Positions 60,077-63,987 of a stretch of 63,987 nucleotides of DNA are shown piece after piece (the first letter of the stretch is position 1; each line of letters opens with the position of its first letter). The notes below the pieces were generated by a model. It searched no databases, had not been told where the DNA came from, and saw only the letters and a list, made by a program, of their open reading frames with translations. The translations under genes were made by a program, and so were the position numbers. The stretch comes from Octopus bimaculoides (taxonomy: Eukaryota): NCBI RefSeq assembly GCF_001194135.2, contig NC_068984.1:138189417-138253403 (forward strand), given 5' to 3'.

Positions 60077-62555
60077 TTACTCTAAAGTACTGTTGCTGAA
60101 TATCTCTCGTGAGATTTAAAAATAGTAATTTTCTAATTTATAGAAAATTATGTGGCCTTACATTCTATGTTAAAATTTCCGCCGATGTCAATATTGACTT
60201 TTATTCTTCATTAGCCAATAAAATAAATACTCGCCAAAGGGTCGTACTTAATCGGCAACACCCTCCTCAGCAGTTTTTCCTTGTTAGAAAGCATTATTCC
60301 TACAAGTTAACTCTATTTTTTCCAATAACTAAGTTTAAAAGTCATGTAACTGACGTACGCGAATAATTCTAAAAATGATTAAAATAGCCATCTTAATTGT
60401 AGGGCAAAAAAAAAATAATAATAATAAATAAATAAATAACGTTGGCAATTCTTAGAAAAGAAAAGAAAATTAGATATATTTAAAAAAAAACTTAAGAATT
60501 GTTTGTTTTTAATAGCGTTACTTGGATAGACAATGAAATTACAATGAAACCGAGAAGATATTTTGGAAGAGTAAAAATATATTTCAGGAACGATATTTGT
60601 TTGCGTTTGGTCTTTATATGAATTCATTACCAAAGTAGATAAAAGAAATATTTTTAAACAGCTCACCAACTTTTTTAAAACCTTTGTCCAAAGAATTATT
60701 GTTCAGTCACACGTCTCAGGGTTTCGTACACAAGTACTTTCACTTGCGCTTATATATTTGCGACAGTGTTTCTGAGGTTGTTTGCGCTTGAGATTAATGA
60801 TCAGCTAGATTTAATTGTGATTTGTTTAAAGTTTTTAAGTTTTTTTTTTTTCTGTTAAATCAGTAACTTATCTATCAGCAATATTGTTTTTCAAGTCTAT
60901 TATAACACAGAAGTGCCGATCTCATAAAGAAACTTTGTGTTCTTTCTTCTGTAGAAAACAAAATTTCATATACATTATTTGAACTCTGTCTTCTAAGATA
61001 CAATATTATTACCAAACTTTTTTCAGCACAGAATATTGAAACTTGACACTTATATGAGAGAAAAAAGTTATATTCATACAGGCATTTTATCCCTGACTTT
61101 TGATTAAGATTATACATAGTTTCTTAAATATATGCACAGTTTCGGGGAAAAATAAGTTGTAGCATTGATATTTAGCAATAATACCGTTTCTAAATTTGGC
61201 ACAAGGTCAGTAATTTTGAAGGGAGGAAGAAGTTGATTACGTCGATCCTAGCGTTCAACAGGTACTTATTTTATGTACTTCGAAGGGGCGAAAGCTAAAG
61301 TCGAACTAGGCGACATTTGAACACAGAACATTTTGTCCTGTAGGTAAACGACCAATAATATTATTTTGGTTTCAAATTTTGGCACAAGGCCAGTCTAGGA
61401 GTACTTATGTCGTAAGATAAGAAATAAACTAGCTGGGATTCGAAACCAGGTTGTGTGAGTTCTGTTCGCTAGGGATGTAATATCATTGTATTACTGAATG
61501 CCCACCTCTGAGATATGATATGAACTGCAGTTAACATTTAATACCCTGTTATAAAATTAGCACTTGATATCAAACATTAATATCTCATTAGAAACACGAT
61601 TTACTCCTATCAAAATTACGCTCGAAATAAATGTGGCAGATTTCTCGCTAACGTATTTATTACACGTGATTTTATCAGGTCGAGTCATAGTTTAAGGAAG
61701 CATTTTTCATTTTCCCAAGACTGAAGACACGTTATCTTCTCCCATTCTTCTGATATTATCTAATATATTTCATTTCAAGTGTTCCACAATCTGCTATTAT
61801 GTATGTATATGAGGCGGTATTAATGTTAATTTATGGTGTTTCACTATACTAAAGTTCTGTTATGCAGATAGTTTTTGGGTCGCAAAAAGGAAATACTTCT
61901 AATGCGAGAGAATATTAATGGTCTGTCTTTGAAATATTGCAGCTGGTGAATAGAAATTTAATTAATTAAAGCTTAGAATTTGGTTAAAGACCAAATTTAT
62001 ATTGCTGTAAATCTTTGAAGACATTCTCATGGCGACTTTATATGCTGGATTTAAAATATTTCCTCACGCTGGAAAGAATATATTTATAACCTCACTTCAA
62101 ACAAAAGCCAGATGAATGGAAATATAAATCCTTCATTTTTACAAAATCTTAATGGTTAAGTTGTACTTCCTTTTCTAATTAACTTGAGTCGGACAAATTA
62201 TGTTGCTAAGTTCAATATTGAATGGTTTTAATATGTATACGTATAAGGTTTCTTCAAGTTCCTTGTAAGTAAGGAATAAATCGTAATTTATACGTTAGCT
62301 CATAACTCCAATCACTGCGGGCATAGGTCAATTCCCGAATACAGACAAATTTAAATTAAAAAAGAAAGTATTATCATTAAACATATTTATTGAAATTTAT
62401 AAGGCAAGTGGATTAGCAGGATCTTTACAACGTCGGATAAAGTACCTTGCAGTGTTTGACTCGATATTTTACGGTGTGAACTCAAATCCCTCTGAGGACA
62501 ACTTTTCGTTTTTTTTTTCCGTTGTTGATAAAACATTATATAACAAGTCAGCGCC

Positions 62556-62936
62556 GTGGAGGCGCAATGGCCCAGTGGTTAGGGCAGCGGAATCGAGGTC
62601 ACAGGATCGCGGCTTCGATTCCCAGACCGGGCGTTGTGAGTGTTTATTGAGCGAAAACACCTAAAGCTCCACGAGGCTCCGGCAGGGGATGGTGGTGAAC
62701 CCTGCTGTACTCTTCCACCACAACTTTCTCTCACTCTTTCTTCCTGTTTCTGTTGTACCTGTAATTCAATGGGTCAGCCTTGTCACTGTGTCACGCTGAA
62801 TATCCCCGAGAACTACGTTAAGGGTACACGTGTCTGTGGAGTGCTCAGCCACTTGCACGTTAATTTCACGAGCAGGCTGTTCTGTTGATCGGATCAACTG
62901 GAACCCTCGACGTCGAAAGCGACGGTGTGCCAACAA
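62556..62936 (+). mobile_element. Group A SINE (H1+T1), full length
   Basis: 14-bp TSD AACAAGTC(A/G)GCGCC at 62542-62555 and 62937-62950. Confidence 0.95.
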
Positions 62937-63649
62937 AACAAGTCGGCGCCATCATTAGACTGAATTGTTTATGTTGGAGAAATGTATTGAAGTGCTTATT
63001 CCGTTATTTTATTTTGTTCTGAGTTTGTCTGTGACAACACTGGTGCTGGGTTGCATCAGGCTGGCATTTCTCTTGGACAGCATCGATGGCATACAGAGGG
63101 AAAATGTGTTACACTCATCTTCAGAAAAATTTGACTGAGGTCTACATCCCGGAAAGGAAGCTGCCATGTGCAGATCCACAGTCAAACCGGACCAAAATGT
63201 TAAACACTAGTGATATGTAAATTAATAGTTTCTGTTCTCTGAAACTACTAGATATGATGTTTATATAAACAGACCAGCTGCTCCTTTCTCTGGGACTGTT
63301 CAAGTGACATAGACATCACTGATGAAGCTCCTAATTGGGACAAAATCGTTGAAGGCTGTTCAAAGATTTTCTGGGATTCTATAAACAAATAGATAAAATT
63401 CACAGGTTTGTATGTCTACTTCGTAGGTTTACATATAATATTTATGAGATTACGGGTATCTCTGTGAACAATACTGATTAGATGTAGATTTGATTGGACA
63501 CGACTTTACACATCAGCTGTAACAAAGAATCTACAATTAACACATTCAATAACACGAAATATATTTGTTAAATAAATACTTAATAAGTTCCAAAAGCGAA
63601 ATTTGAGAACCTGAAACATTCACTAAATAGAGGGAAAATGTTAGAATGA

Positions 63650-63832
63650 AAAGAAATTACAGTTCTATATTTAAGAGGTGAGGAATTATGTACATTATTT
63701 ACAGTTGACGGATATTTGTCCTCATCTTGTTTGTTGTTAACATAACGTTTCGGCTGAGATACCCTCCAGCCTTCATCAGGTGTCTTGGGTAAATTTCGAA
63801 CCTGGGTTCTCATTCCTAAGGTATTTTTCGAT
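63650..63832 (-). mobile_element. Penelope-like terminal-repeat fragment
   Basis: Contains a minimal hammerhead core, a hallmark of Penelope-like terminal repeats; begins at a (TAA)n tract. Confidence 0.6.
63739..63784 (-). ncRNA. Minimal type I hammerhead-ribozyme motif
   Basis: gacac-CTGATGA-A-GGCTG-gagggtatct-CAGCC-GAAA-CGT-T-atgtt: 5-bp stem II, palindromic AC/GT stem III, and stem I gacac/atgtt with one mismatch. Confidence 0.6.
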
Positions 63833-63855
63833 GTTATTATTATTATTATTATTAT

Positions 63856-63947
63856 TTTATGTTTGACTTTTGTTTTGCATTTGTACAAGTTGGATCCAAG
63901 TCTCACCCAGAGACCTCAAGAGACAACAAGTTAGAAGTTCATGTAGG

Positions 63948-63949
<2 letters not shown>
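63856..63949 (-). mobile_element. Short retroposon 3' end embedded in (TAA)n, possibly Dong-type
   Basis: About 94 bp of unique sequence with (TTA)n on both sides; minus strand ends caaaacaaaagtcaaacataaaataataat. The family assignment is from recall only. Confidence 0.4.

Positions 63950-63987
<38 letters not shown>

Noticed and set aside
62556-62640. tRNA genes at SINE heads
   Set aside because: Box A and box B are present but no complete cloverleaf is evident, and the sequence runs into SINE bodies with TSDs.
63030-63400. Possible CR1/L2-like fragment on the minus strand
   Set aside because: The similarity is too decayed to support by eye.

Overview
AT-rich, repeat-saturated eukaryotic DNA with about 17 N-gaps, most flanked by (TA)n/(CA)n runs. 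The SINE and microsatellite content points to an octopus genome (inference from recall, not a database match). No bacterial-type genes, rRNA, true tRNA or CRISPR arrays were found. Most of the window consists of three tRNA-derived SINE groups with interchangeable head and tail modules, MITEs (hAT, piggyBac, Tigger, mariner, TTAA-flanked foldbacks) and LINE relics (Tx1/L1, R4/Dong, RTE, CR1, Penelope-like). On the minus strand, four segments have canonical splice sites and compatible phases: 58351-58316, 58046-58021, 55146-55021 and 12531-12087. Joined, they encode an unrecognised ~200-220 aa single-pass membrane protein with a 42.5 kb intron. That intron contains several near-perfect foldbacks, including a 222-bp palindrome with a hammerhead-ribozyme-like core in each arm and a mariner with two 5' ends. 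Just upstream, a SINE is flanked by a 149-bp direct duplication. All alignments and translations were done by eye, so coordinates of degenerate repeats are approximate.
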